Below, one piece after another: positions 10,078 to 18,555 of a DNA stretch of 64,000 nucleotides (the first letter of the stretch is position 1; each line of letters starts with the position of its first letter). The notes under the pieces were generated by a model. That model made no database searches and was not told the DNA's origin. It worked only from the letters and a program-made list of their open reading frames with translations. The stretch is taken from contig DAJU01000010.1 in assembly GCA_002499005.1 (NCBI GenBank), positions 73,750 through 137,749 on the forward strand, in the 5' to 3' direction. The position numbers and the translations under genes are program-made. Source of the stretch: Thaumarchaeota archaeon UBA164 (GTDB taxonomy: Archaea; Thermoproteota; Nitrososphaeria; Conexivisphaerales; UBA164).

Positions 10078-12306
10078 TCATTTAATGAGCTTTTCTGGCA
10101 AAAACGGAAGGGATGTTATCCTTTTGCCTAGAGCACGCCTCAGAGCATTGCCCACAGCAGAGGCCACCGCAACTATGCCTATCTCACCTATCCCCTTTGC
10201 GCCAAAGGGGCCCATCGGCTCATAGCTATCAACAAACGTAACCTTTATTTTCGGAACATCCGCGGCAGTTGGCACTACATATGTTGTGTAGTTTATGTTT
10301 TGCGGAACACAGTCCCTGTACCTGAGTTCTTCGGTAAGCGTATACCCCACCCCCATTATTAATCCGCCTTCAACCTGCCCAGAGGCTATCTGCGGGTTTA
10401 TTATGCGCCCTCCGTCAACAAAAGCTATTGCGTTGGTCAACTTTACCTCGCCTGTTAATAGGTTTACTCTTACAAGCACCTTAAGCACGTCAAAGCTGTT
10501 AAAGAACCTTGGGGCCTCTTTCATTCCCGATACCGGCCTGTCGACCTTTGGGGCATAATAAGTCCTTGTAAACTTGGTGATGCCCCTGAGCCTTTTTACA
10601 TGCTTTACCACATCGGTAAGGCTTATCCTTGATTCACCAGACCAGAAGTACCCATCTTCATACCTGACTTGTGTTGGATCCACCTTTAGCGCATCGGCCG
10701 CATACACCTTCATGTAAGCTATGGAATCCTCACACGCGAGCTCAAGCGCCTTGCCTCCCGTTACAGTGCTTCTTGATGCGTTTGAAGAACCTGAATCCGG
10801 CGCGCTCTCAGTATCGGCGTTTGCCACCTTAATGCTTTTTATGTCAATGCCAAGCTTTTCGGCAACTATTTGCGCGTGCCCGGTAATTATGCCTTGGCCA
10901 TAATCTGTATTTGAGAACCCTATAACGACGCTGCCGTCATCCATGAACTCTATTGAAACCGTTGATGGATCATCCACATCACTGCCATACGCAACTCCCT
11001 TCATCCCAAGCGAAACGCCTACTGCATGCCTTATATACCATGGAGCGTCTGAGGGCTCATGTAGCTCCTCTGAGCCAGCCATCTCCAGCGCTCTCCTTAT
11101 GCCCGACATGGCTCTTGCTGTGTTGCCAAGGGGAGCAACATCGCCGTCCCTTAACAGGTTCTTTAACCTGAGCTCTATAGGATCCATTCCAAGTCTTATT
11201 GCTATCTCATCTATGTTCTGTTCTATTGCGAAGTTCCCCTGAGGGGCTCCGAAACCCCTGAACGCAGATGAAACGCCGTTGTTTGTATAGACTAGAAACC
11301 CATCAAGCTTTACGGCATCATACCTGTAAGGTCCATTGACGGTCTCCATTATGGTTGCCAGAACGTTGGGCCCCCATATCATATAAGCGCCTGTGTCTGC
11401 ATAAGCTTTAGCCTCGTTAAACGTCAACCTGCCATCCTTTGTGGCGCCAGTGGTTAGCTCTATTTTTGCGGCGTGCCTGTGGAAGCCAGCTATTCCTGAC
11501 TCTTCTCTTGAGTAAAATATTCCGACCGGCCGTTTTGTGTAATATGCTAAGAGTGCAAGGTGCGCTGGAAACGCGGATTCCTCCTTACCGCCAAAGCTTC
11601 CTCCGGTGGGGTAGCTTGCCACCCTCACCCTGTCTTCCTGAAGCATTAGGGCTGAAGCAATTATCTTCCTGTCGCCATAAGGGTTTTGCCCCCCATAAAA
11701 CACGTTTATGCGGCCTGATTCGTCAACATATGCGAGGCCTTCCTCCGGCTCAAGAAACACGTGCTTTTGATACTGAGTGGTGTAAACGTTTTCAACTATT
11801 ATGTCAGAAGCCTCTTTTGCGCCCTGCAGGTTTCCTCTTGAAAATGACTGATGGTCAGCCACGTTTCCTTTATCGTGTATCAGAGTTTCAGATGATAAGC
11901 TTTCATCTATGCCGCCAATGCACTTGAGCGGCCTTATCTTTACATCTACAAGCTCAGCAGCGAGCCTTGCGGCTTCAGGAGACTCTGCAGCTATTAGTAA
12001 AATGGGTTCGCCATAATACCTAACCTTTTTTTCAGCGAGTATCGGCGCGGCCATATAAGGCCCGTAAGCGTTTGTGCCGGGTATGTCCTTTGCGCTGAGG
12101 ACTTTGACCACCCCTGAAGCGCTTAGGGCCTTTTCGTAATCTATTGACTCTATGATTCCGTGTGGGACCGGGCTTCTGTACACAAGCCCATAAAGCATGC
12201 CTTCAGGCCTTATGTCACCAAAGAACTTGAGGGCTCCTGTCACCTTTTGAAGAGAATCTATGCGGCTTACGCTTTTCCCTATAAGAGAAAACTTAACTTC
12301 CTGCAT
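10078..12306 (-). CDS. Xanthine dehydrogenase family molybdopterin-binding large subunit
   Basis: GGSFGGK, AFRGFG, GQG, ASRS, GQVEGG, KGIGE motifs; 742 aa. Confidence 0.9.
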   Translation of the reverse strand: MQEVKFSLIGKSVSRIDSLQKVTGALKFFGDIRPEGMLYGLVYRSPVPHGIIESIDYEKALSASGVVKVLSAKDIPGTNAYGPYMAAPILAEKKVRYYGEPILLIAAESPEAARLAAELVDVKIRPLKCIGGIDESLSSETLIHDKGNVADHQSFSRGNLQGAKEASDIIVENVYTTQYQKHVFLEPEEGLAYVDESGRINVFYGGQNPYGDRKIIASALMLQEDRVRVASYPTGGSFGGKEESAFPAHLALLAYYTKRPVGIFYSREESGIAGFHRHAAKIELTTGATKDGRLTFNEAKAYADTGAYMIWGPNVLATIMETVNGPYRYDAVKLDGFLVYTNNGVSSAFRGFGAPQGNFAIEQNIDEIAIRLGMDPIELRLKNLLRDGDVAPLGNTARAMSGIRRALEMAGSEELHEPSDAPWYIRHAVGVSLGMKGVAYGSDVDDPSTVSIEFMDDGSVVIGFSNTDYGQGIITGHAQIVAEKLGIDIKSIKVANADTESAPDSGSSNASRSTVTGGKALELACEDSIAYMKVYAADALKVDPTQVRYEDGYFWSGESRISLTDVVKHVKRLRGITKFTRTYYAPKVDRPVSGMKEAPRFFNSFDVLKVLVRVNLLTGEVKLTNAIAFVDGGRIINPQIASGQVEGGLIMGVGYTLTEELRYRDCVPQNINYTTYVVPTAADVPKIKVTFVDSYEPMGPFGAKGIGEIGIVAVASAVGNALRRALGKRITSLPFLPEKLIK

Positions 12307-12347
12307 GAGGAAAATTAATAGGAAAAAATTACAATATAAATGTTTAT

Positions 12348-14006
12348 TTATAAAGTTGCCTTCTGTTCAAAGATCTTCCTTGTATCATCAGCAATGTACC
12401 CGTGCAAAAGGCCTCCCTTAAGCTCAGGCTGGTACTTAGGTATTATCCAGTACTTCATGAGCGGCAGGTAAATAAGCCCAGCGATAAGTATGGCTGATAT
12501 CCATGAATTCTGGAAAACCCAAAGCTGCCCTGGGTAAAGCTGTGAGATGTTTACGGGCAAATAAGAGTTTGGCGGGAACACGAGCACCATTGAAATTGCA
12601 AACGCAATGATTGCGGCTGGATTTACGCCGTGCCAGTATCTAAACCTTCCATGGCTCATGTAATTATCCGGCAATTCAAACTTAAACCGCCTTATTACGG
12701 CATAGTCAAACACTATTATGCCTTCCACGCCTCCAAGCACAGCGCCGTAGGTAAGTAGCCAGCCCTCAACATATGAAAACGCGCTAAAGTAATATGACCA
12801 TGACTGAAGCAACGCAGCTATGAGCACTACAATTAAAACTCCCCTGAACCAGCTCAGCTTCTTTGGGTATATGTTTGAAAAGTCATACGCTGGGCCCACG
12901 GTATCAGCGTATATGTTAACTATTATAACGCCAAGAAGCAGCAGAAAGAGGGCTATATATGCAAGTATCGGGTTTGAAACCACAAGGGCAGTTAAGACTA
13001 TCGGGTCCCATACAGGGAATTTGAACACGGTTATGGATGCCCCAGTTACTATTAAAGCAAGGGCCGCTATGCCTGTCATCAGAAACGGCATAGGTATCTG
13101 GCCCATGGTCTGCGCAAACTGGCTTTTAGCAAACCTGCTGTAGTCTGGCATGCTGAGCGCCATTGTTGCCCAAAATGCCACGTTTGCGTTTATTAGCCCT
13201 ATTAGGGCGTACCAGAAAGCGGAGCCGCTTACAGTGGTTGGCATGCTAAGTATGCCCGTCCAGTTCCAGTTGGCCGCCAGCATTGCGTAATAAAAGAGTA
13301 TTATAAAGCCTATAAAACCGATGAACGGGACGCTCCAACTTATTATTTTAAGCGTTTTCATCCCTGTCTTTGGCGGCGAAAAGTAAAGCAACAGGACCCT
13401 AGCTATGATAGTAACCACAAACACAGACCAGAAGAGCAATGGGTTTACAACTGAGACAAGAAACGGAAGCTCATATGGATACTGCTGCGCTAGGCTTAAC
13501 AGCGTGCTTACCTGGTGTGTAGCTATGATGTACATTGCGCCTATGGCCTCTGTTATTATCCATGTATCTATCCCCCACCAGCCAGCACCAATTATTCCCC
13601 TTAACAAAGACGGAATCCATGCTCCGTAAACTCCCCATCTACTCCTTGTAAGGGGTGTTTCAGGAATACCATATCTAGCGCCGCCATGCGCAATGATTAT
13701 CATGGGAATAAGCACTATTGCGTTGCCAAGAAATACGGTAACAATCCCCCAGAGCCAGTTAAGGCCAAACGAATATGCCACTGAAACGAGAGACCATGAC
13801 TCAACCTCTATAGACATCCCAAACCATATGGAGAAAAACGTAAGAGGGCCCCAGTTTCTGTACTTAACTGGCGTTGGATGGAAGTCCTCATTCCACAGGT
13901 ATTTCTCCTCTGGAAAGCTCTGAGATAGTTCAACGTAGCCTTTATCCGGGTAAAACTTGGTTATGGCAACTCTGTCCACCACGTTTTTATCCTCTGTGGC
14001 CGACAT
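12348..14006 (-). CDS. NCS1 family nucleobase:cation symporter
   Basis: About 12 TM segments; WFGM, GARYGIP, FWAT..PDYSRFA motifs. Confidence 0.88.
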   Translation of the reverse strand: MSATEDKNVVDRVAITKFYPDKGYVELSQSFPEEKYLWNEDFHPTPVKYRNWGPLTFFSIWFGMSIEVESWSLVSVAYSFGLNWLWGIVTVFLGNAIVLIPMIIIAHGGARYGIPETPLTRSRWGVYGAWIPSLLRGIIGAGWWGIDTWIITEAIGAMYIIATHQVSTLLSLAQQYPYELPFLVSVVNPLLFWSVFVVTIIARVLLLYFSPPKTGMKTLKIISWSVPFIGFIGFIILFYYAMLAANWNWTGILSMPTTVSGSAFWYALIGLINANVAFWATMALSMPDYSRFAKSQFAQTMGQIPMPFLMTGIAALALIVTGASITVFKFPVWDPIVLTALVVSNPILAYIALFLLLLGVIIVNIYADTVGPAYDFSNIYPKKLSWFRGVLIVVLIAALLQSWSYYFSAFSYVEGWLLTYGAVLGGVEGIIVFDYAVIRRFKFELPDNYMSHGRFRYWHGVNPAAIIAFAISMVLVFPPNSYLPVNISQLYPGQLWVFQNSWISAILIAGLIYLPLMKYWIIPKYQPELKGGLLHGYIADDTRKIFEQKATL

Positions 14007-14115
14007 TAAAGAAAAAGTTAATCAATAGCTTTTAAACTTTTTCCTCAGCACGGCAATAACGCGTAACGCATCCGTTTAACGTTTATATTTTATTGCGCGA
14101 TCAATCAATGTTAAA

Positions 14116-14619
14116 TTGCTGGATGCAGTTCTAGCGATAAGGGCGGCAAGCTATGCCATCTCGTTCGCTGTATCGCTTTTAATATTTGGATACAGCTTTT
14201 ATGGGTATGCGAAGATAAGGGATTCTCTATTAGCGCAGGAGGCAGTTGCCTTTTTGCTACTTGCCCTTGGGGCAGCGTTTGGGGTTTTCTCCTTTTGGGG
14301 CTATTACTTTGACGCCGTCGGGTTCCTTATAATAGGGATACTTCACGCAAAAACCGCACAAAAGCTGCCGTTTGCCCTCTTAATAATGCCTGAAATCTTT
14401 GGCGCCGGCATAGCGATAATATTTTCTTTGTATGCAGGAGTTGAAACTCTTCTGTTTTACTCTAAGAAGAAAATGCGTGGAACGCTTTTTTCTGGAATAG
14501 CTTTTCTTATAATAGCCGCATCGATGTTTATTGGAACCATTCCAGCGTTTCCTTCCAGCGTTGCGTACATAGCACAGGCGGTTGGGTATGTGCTTTTGCT
14601 ACCCGCCGTGGTGACTTAG
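14116..14619 (+). CDS. Uncharacterised polytopic membrane protein
   Basis: 167 aa, about 6 hydrophobic helices in two similar halves; 1 bp from next gene. Confidence 0.7.
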   Translation: MLDAVLAIRAASYAISFAVSLLIFGYSFYGYAKIRDSLLAQEAVAFLLLALGAAFGVFSFWGYYFDAVGFLIIGILHAKTAQKLPFALLIMPEIFGAGIAIIFSLYAGVETLLFYSKKKMRGTLFSGIAFLIIAASMFIGTIPAFPSSVAYIAQAVGYVLLLPAVVT

Positions 14620-14620
14620 G

Positions 14621-14896
14621 TTGAGGTACCGGCTGGCGATAATAGTTGATGTGCTGAGGTCTGTTTCAGAGAATCCCGGCGGACTCAAGGTTTCTGAAAT
14701 AGTTAGAAAGGCAAACGTTCCCTATACAAGGTTAAGTGAAATGCTTGATGACCTTGAGGCTTCAGGGCTTATAACAAAGGTCAAGGGTGACGACAATAAC
14801 AGCGCGTACTACATTATAACTTCCAAGGGCACAAAGTTTCTAAAGGAGTATGAAAGGTTCAAACGCTTTGCCGAAAACATGGGTATTGAGCTCTGA
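14621..14896 (+). CDS. Winged helix-turn-helix transcriptional regulator
   Basis: IIVDVL..., IVRKANVPYTRL, YIITSKGTKFL pattern of small archaeal wHTH proteins. Confidence 0.85.
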   Translation: MRYRLAIIVDVLRSVSENPGGLKVSEIVRKANVPYTRLSEMLDDLEASGLITKVKGDDNNSAYYIITSKGTKFLKEYERFKRFAENMGIEL

Positions 14897-14942
14897 AATC
14901 TTAGAAAAAAGTTAAGCGTTAAGCGTCTTTAACAGCTTAGGC

Positions 14943-15443
14943 TTGAGGATAAAGGAAGGGGAAAGGGCTGTTTTGCTGGATTTGCCATCGACGTCAGGAA
15001 GGTTAAGCATGGAAAGATATACTGGAAAATGGCTGGCGCTTTATTTTTATCAGAGGGATTTTTCGGAGCCATCATGGGTGGAATTAAACATACTTAATAC
15101 GAAAATAAATGAAATAAGAGAACTAGGCGGAGAAGTTGTGGGTGTAAGCCCTGATAGCTTGCAGACCCATACCAAGTTTGCTGTTGAAAGAAAGATAATG
15201 ATCGAACTGGTATCTGACCAAAGTGGAGAACTCGCATCATTATACGGAGCGCTAAAGCAAACCGACCCTATAATATTTAGAAAGCGCATAGCTCTTATAG
15301 CTCCAGATGGCACCCTCTTTAAGATATACGTAGGCAGAAGAAGCGCGATGCATGTCTTTGAGCTGTTGTCTAACATGAGAATGATTTACAGGTTAGCCAA
15401 GGCAGATCCAATTAACAACGTCAAGATGATATACCACTTCTAG
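14943..15443 (+). CDS. Peroxiredoxin/Bcp-fold protein lacking all cysteines
   Basis: GKWLALYFY.RDF, VVGVSPDS...HTKFA, LVSD match Bcp; no Cys in 166 aa. Confidence 0.75.
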   Translation: MRIKEGERAVLLDLPSTSGRLSMERYTGKWLALYFYQRDFSEPSWVELNILNTKINEIRELGGEVVGVSPDSLQTHTKFAVERKIMIELVSDQSGELASLYGALKQTDPIIFRKRIALIAPDGTLFKIYVGRRSAMHVFELLSNMRMIYRLAKADPINNVKMIYHF

Positions 15444-15805
15444 CGCTGATAAGCTGTCGTTTATTTCCTAGTGCACAAGAATGGCCTTAATGGCATAAAA
15501 CGGCTGCAACATAAGAACCTCCGCATTCATGCAGGCCCGTAGCCAATAAAGACATAACTGGCTTCTCGCTTTGGCTTTGCAGCCGCTCTTATTCCCAGCC
15601 TATACATAACAGCCCGTATTTGAGGCCCTTGAGCATCAGATCCAACTGACTTGTCTGCAAATTACAACTCAGCACCTTAAAGTTAGGAAGCACTGAAACT
15701 TAATAATGAATTATTTGCCTGCGATAAAAAGTTTAGCACTGTTTCTGCTAACATAAAAGTCAACGTGGATGCCTTTTGGCCTTTCTGCATGAGCCTTCAT
15801 CCATA

Positions 15806-16243
15806 CTTACCTCCTAGCCCTAGAGGGTTAGATTTCCCTCAGGACGAAGAGGTTCCCCGATCCGCTCGGGCTTCATCCCGGGCAATCGGGGCCAGAGGCC
15901 TCTCTATACTTTCAATGTTTGTATGCGGCGACATCCCTTTTCTCTTCAAAGCTACAGTTTGCGCACCTCATTTTCCTGCATTCGGCCTCGATCAGCTTTA
16001 AGCCGCAGACTGGACATATTAATGAGGAATAGGCGGGACCCGTTACCTTCACCGGAACCCCGTGCTTATGATCAAGACAGCCCATCCAGTGCTCAAGCCT
16101 CCTGTTTAACAAACTGTGAAGGGCGTTAGCGAGTTAACCTTCATCTCACGGTCAAGGTTAGCGCTCCCCTCATTAATGCCCTTCACAGCCAAAAAAGAAT
16201 AAAATAAAAATAAACGCTTTGCCCTGCCTCAAAAAGGCGGGAC
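15806..16243 (-). mobile_element. Internally deleted IS200/IS605-family (tnpB) remnant with end hairpins
   Basis: TnpB C-terminal fragment; end-like sequence AACCCTCTAGGGCTAGGAGGTAAG finishing at 15806; second hairpin CCCTGCCT-CAAAA-AGGCGGGA at about 16222-16242. Confidence 0.7.
15912..16187 (-). pseudogene. tnpB: tnpB C-terminal fragment (Zn ribbon and RuvC-III)
   Basis: HGVPVKVTGPAYSSLICPVCG...CANCSFEEKRDVAA; a further TnpB-like segment (VKGINEGSANLDREM) lies upstream in another frame; N-terminal two thirds missing. Confidence 0.8.
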
Positions 16244-16259
16244 TTGCCTTTGCTATTTT

Positions 16260-16493
16260 TCAATAGGGCCCTTTTTCACCTTTGCAGTAGACAACGCCCT
16301 TGTATCTTCTTATAAATGAAGGACACAGATAGCATGCTATAAAAGGCACCTGCTGATTGATGACAGGGCATTCCACGTACTCCTTCTTCATATTTGAAAC
16401 AAGCCTGTTTCCTATTCCCCTTAGCTCGTTTAATTTTTCATCTGGAACTTTGAGCGCGCGGTTTGACTTCTTTATTTCAACTTGAAATTCCAA
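16260..16493 (-). CDS. Small 4-Cys hypothetical protein
   Basis: 77 aa with CPV..., CYLCPSF, VYC; 19 bp after cdvC on the same strand. Confidence 0.7.
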   Translation of the reverse strand: MEFQVEIKKSNRALKVPDEKLNELRGIGNRLVSNMKKEYVECPVINQQVPFIACYLCPSFIRRYKGVVYCKGEKGPY

Positions 16494-16512
16494 TTTGCTG
16501 ATATGTTTGCAT

Positions 16513-17685
16513 TTAAAGGGCCTTAAAGCTTTCGCTCCACTTGAGATAAGCCTTAATCAGCTCTGGGCTTACGCTTGGCTTCCTTTGCTTTATTACCTGC
16601 CTGAAGTCATCTATCGTTATCGGCCTTGGTTTGCTGTCAGCTTCAAGCGCCTTGCCTGACTCAAAGAGTTCCCTGACTACGTTTATCTGAACCGCCTGCA
16701 CTATGTCCTTTATGTCGCTTCCTGTATAACCCTCAGTTATCTTTGCCAGCTCATCCAGCTTTACATCATCACTTAGCGTAAGAGGCTTTGTATAAAGCTC
16801 AAACATCTTCTTTCTGGCCGCAAGGTTTGGAAGCCCCACATATATCCTCTTTTCAAACCTTCTAAGGAATGGCGGGTCCAGCGTCCACGGCTTGTTTGTG
16901 GCCGCCAGTATGTAAATCGGCAGCCTTTTCCCTTTCTCCTGTATGCCATCTGTTTCTTTAAGGAACTGGTTTCTCACCCTTATCTCGCCGCCTACTTCCT
17001 GTGACCTTGTGCCAAAGAGGGAGTCCACCTCATCTATGAATATTATAACCGGCATGTTATCCTGTTGCGCCAGTTCCCTTGCCTGCTGAAACAGCGTGGC
17101 AACGTTCTTTTCAGCCTCTCCAAGCCACTTGCTCATAACGCTTGCCGCATCAACTGAGATAAAGTGGGCGTTTATTTCGGCCGCGGTGGCGGCCGCGAGC
17201 ATGGTCTTGCCGCAGCCAGGAGGCCCATAAAGGAGTATCCCGCGGGGCCAGCCCAAAGGGAAAAGGTCAGGCCTTTTGTTTGGAAATATTATAGCTTCCT
17301 CCAGGGCCCTCTTCGCTTCATCAAGTCCAATCACCTCGTCAAGCCTAACGTTTGGCTTCTCCTTTATCACAAGGTCATCAAACTTTGCCTTGAGAACCTC
17401 CACCTTCTCCTGCTGACCGTTTGTCGCGGGCTCCGTCCCCCCATCGTCGTAAACACCTCTAAACCTCTGCAAGAGCTTTATTCTTTCTTGATACGCCTTT
17501 GCCCTTTGAAGGTATATTTTGTTAAGCTGATAATCCGGATAAAGATCAACTAGCTGCATAAGCGTTTCTATGGCCTTCCTGTACATAGCTATGGCCTGCG
17601 GATAATTTCCAGTGCTATCCTGCTTTATGGCTTCTTCAGCATAACGTCTTGCAAGTTCCTCAAGCTCATTTGCCGCGTACGTCAA
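16513..17685 (-). CDS. cdvC: Vps4/CdvC AAA+ ATPase with N-terminal MIT domain
   Basis: MIT helices, PDLFPLGWPRGILLYGPPGCGKT, IFIDEVD, ATNKPW.LD, RRFEKRIY. Confidence 0.95.
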   Translation of the reverse strand: MTYAANELEELARRYAEEAIKQDSTGNYPQAIAMYRKAIETLMQLVDLYPDYQLNKIYLQRAKAYQERIKLLQRFRGVYDDGGTEPATNGQQEKVEVLKAKFDDLVIKEKPNVRLDEVIGLDEAKRALEEAIIFPNKRPDLFPLGWPRGILLYGPPGCGKTMLAAATAAEINAHFISVDAASVMSKWLGEAEKNVATLFQQARELAQQDNMPVIIFIDEVDSLFGTRSQEVGGEIRVRNQFLKETDGIQEKGKRLPIYILAATNKPWTLDPPFLRRFEKRIYVGLPNLAARKKMFELYTKPLTLSDDVKLDELAKITEGYTGSDIKDIVQAVQINVVRELFESGKALEADSKPRPITIDDFRQVIKQRKPSVSPELIKAYLKWSESFKAL

Positions 17686-17686
17686 C

Positions 17687-18286
17687 TCATACAGCCTCCG
17701 CTAGGTTCTCAAATAAGCTTTCGTCAAATCTAAGATCAGCTTCCTTTATTATTTCATCATATGCTGTATCTATTATTTTTTCTGCGTCATCGCCTAGAAG
17801 GTTTATGGACGGTCCTTCGCCCAGGCTAACCGTGGCAAATCCAGAAATTGCGTCTTTCAAACCTTCAAAGAGCTCCCCATAGCTTTCACTTATAGCCGAA
17901 AGCCTTGGACCTATACTTTTAATTGCCGCGTTTGACTCCTTTATTGCCTCTAAAGCTTCATTTAAGCTGATGAGGGTCTCAAGCCTTATAAGCACCTGAA
18001 GAAGGTAAAGATCTATCTTTGTTACATATGCCACTATTGCCTTGAGCGTTTCCCTTTGTTGCAGATAAATTTCCCTCTCTGCCCCTGAGGTCAGCCTGGC
18101 CCTTTCCTCTACAGAGCTTGCCTTGGCCTCTATCCTTGCAGAGATCAGCTCAAGCTCCTGTCTTTTCTTATAAATAATACGATAAGCCTCTGTAAGGCTT
18201 TTCTTCTTCCTTTTAAAGAGTCTTTTAAGCGCCTCTATCAAACCTAAGCTAGAGGAGCCGCGTTTGGATTTATTAAAAAATGTCAT
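17687..18286 (-). CDS. Divergent ESCRT-III (Snf7/CdvB-like) protein
   Basis: Basic N-half and acidic C-half coiled coil; LLQVLIRLETL and DDAEKII align with the neighbouring CdvB; 1 bp from cdvC. Confidence 0.75.
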   Translation of the reverse strand: MTFFNKSKRGSSSLGLIEALKRLFKRKKKSLTEAYRIIYKKRQELELISARIEAKASSVEERARLTSGAEREIYLQQRETLKAIVAYVTKIDLYLLQVLIRLETLISLNEALEAIKESNAAIKSIGPRLSAISESYGELFEGLKDAISGFATVSLGEGPSINLLGDDAEKIIDTAYDEIIKEADLRFDESLFENLAEAV

Positions 18287-18514
18287 AAATGATTAAGCTG
18301 TCGGTCTATGTTTTTGGTCCTGCTGAAAAAGCTCCTTAAGATCATTTTTGTGGGCGAGGCCAAGAACCAGCTGGTGCTAAGAGGCAGTCGTGAGCTAGCT
18401 CCGTTTTAAGTTGACCAGCAGAAGTTCACATTAAAAAAGTGTGATTTTGCCTTTGAAATCTCACTCTGCTTCATAAGTGCGAGGTTTATCTACTTTTTAT
18501 CACAAAGTTGCTGA

Positions 18515-18548
18515 ATAAAAATCAAAAATTAATTTATAAAAATAATTT
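18515..18548 (-). terminator. Oligo-T archaeal terminator candidate after cdvB
   Basis: Several T5 runs on the minus strand just after the stop at 18556. Confidence 0.45.
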
Positions 18549-18555
18549 AATGCGC

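Noticed and set aside
15501..15585. 9-bp inverted repeat CGGCTGCAA/TTGCAGCCG
   Set aside because: Isolated, long spacer, no supporting structure or second copy; may be chance
15765..16001. 78-aa plus-strand ORF across the IS remnant
   Set aside because: Antisense to the tnpB fragment and right-end scaffold; no motifs
18287..18555. Hidden cdvA or small ORF between the ESCRT-III genes
   Set aside because: Only a 22-codon minus-strand ORF found; region is AT-rich and looks like terminator plus promoter
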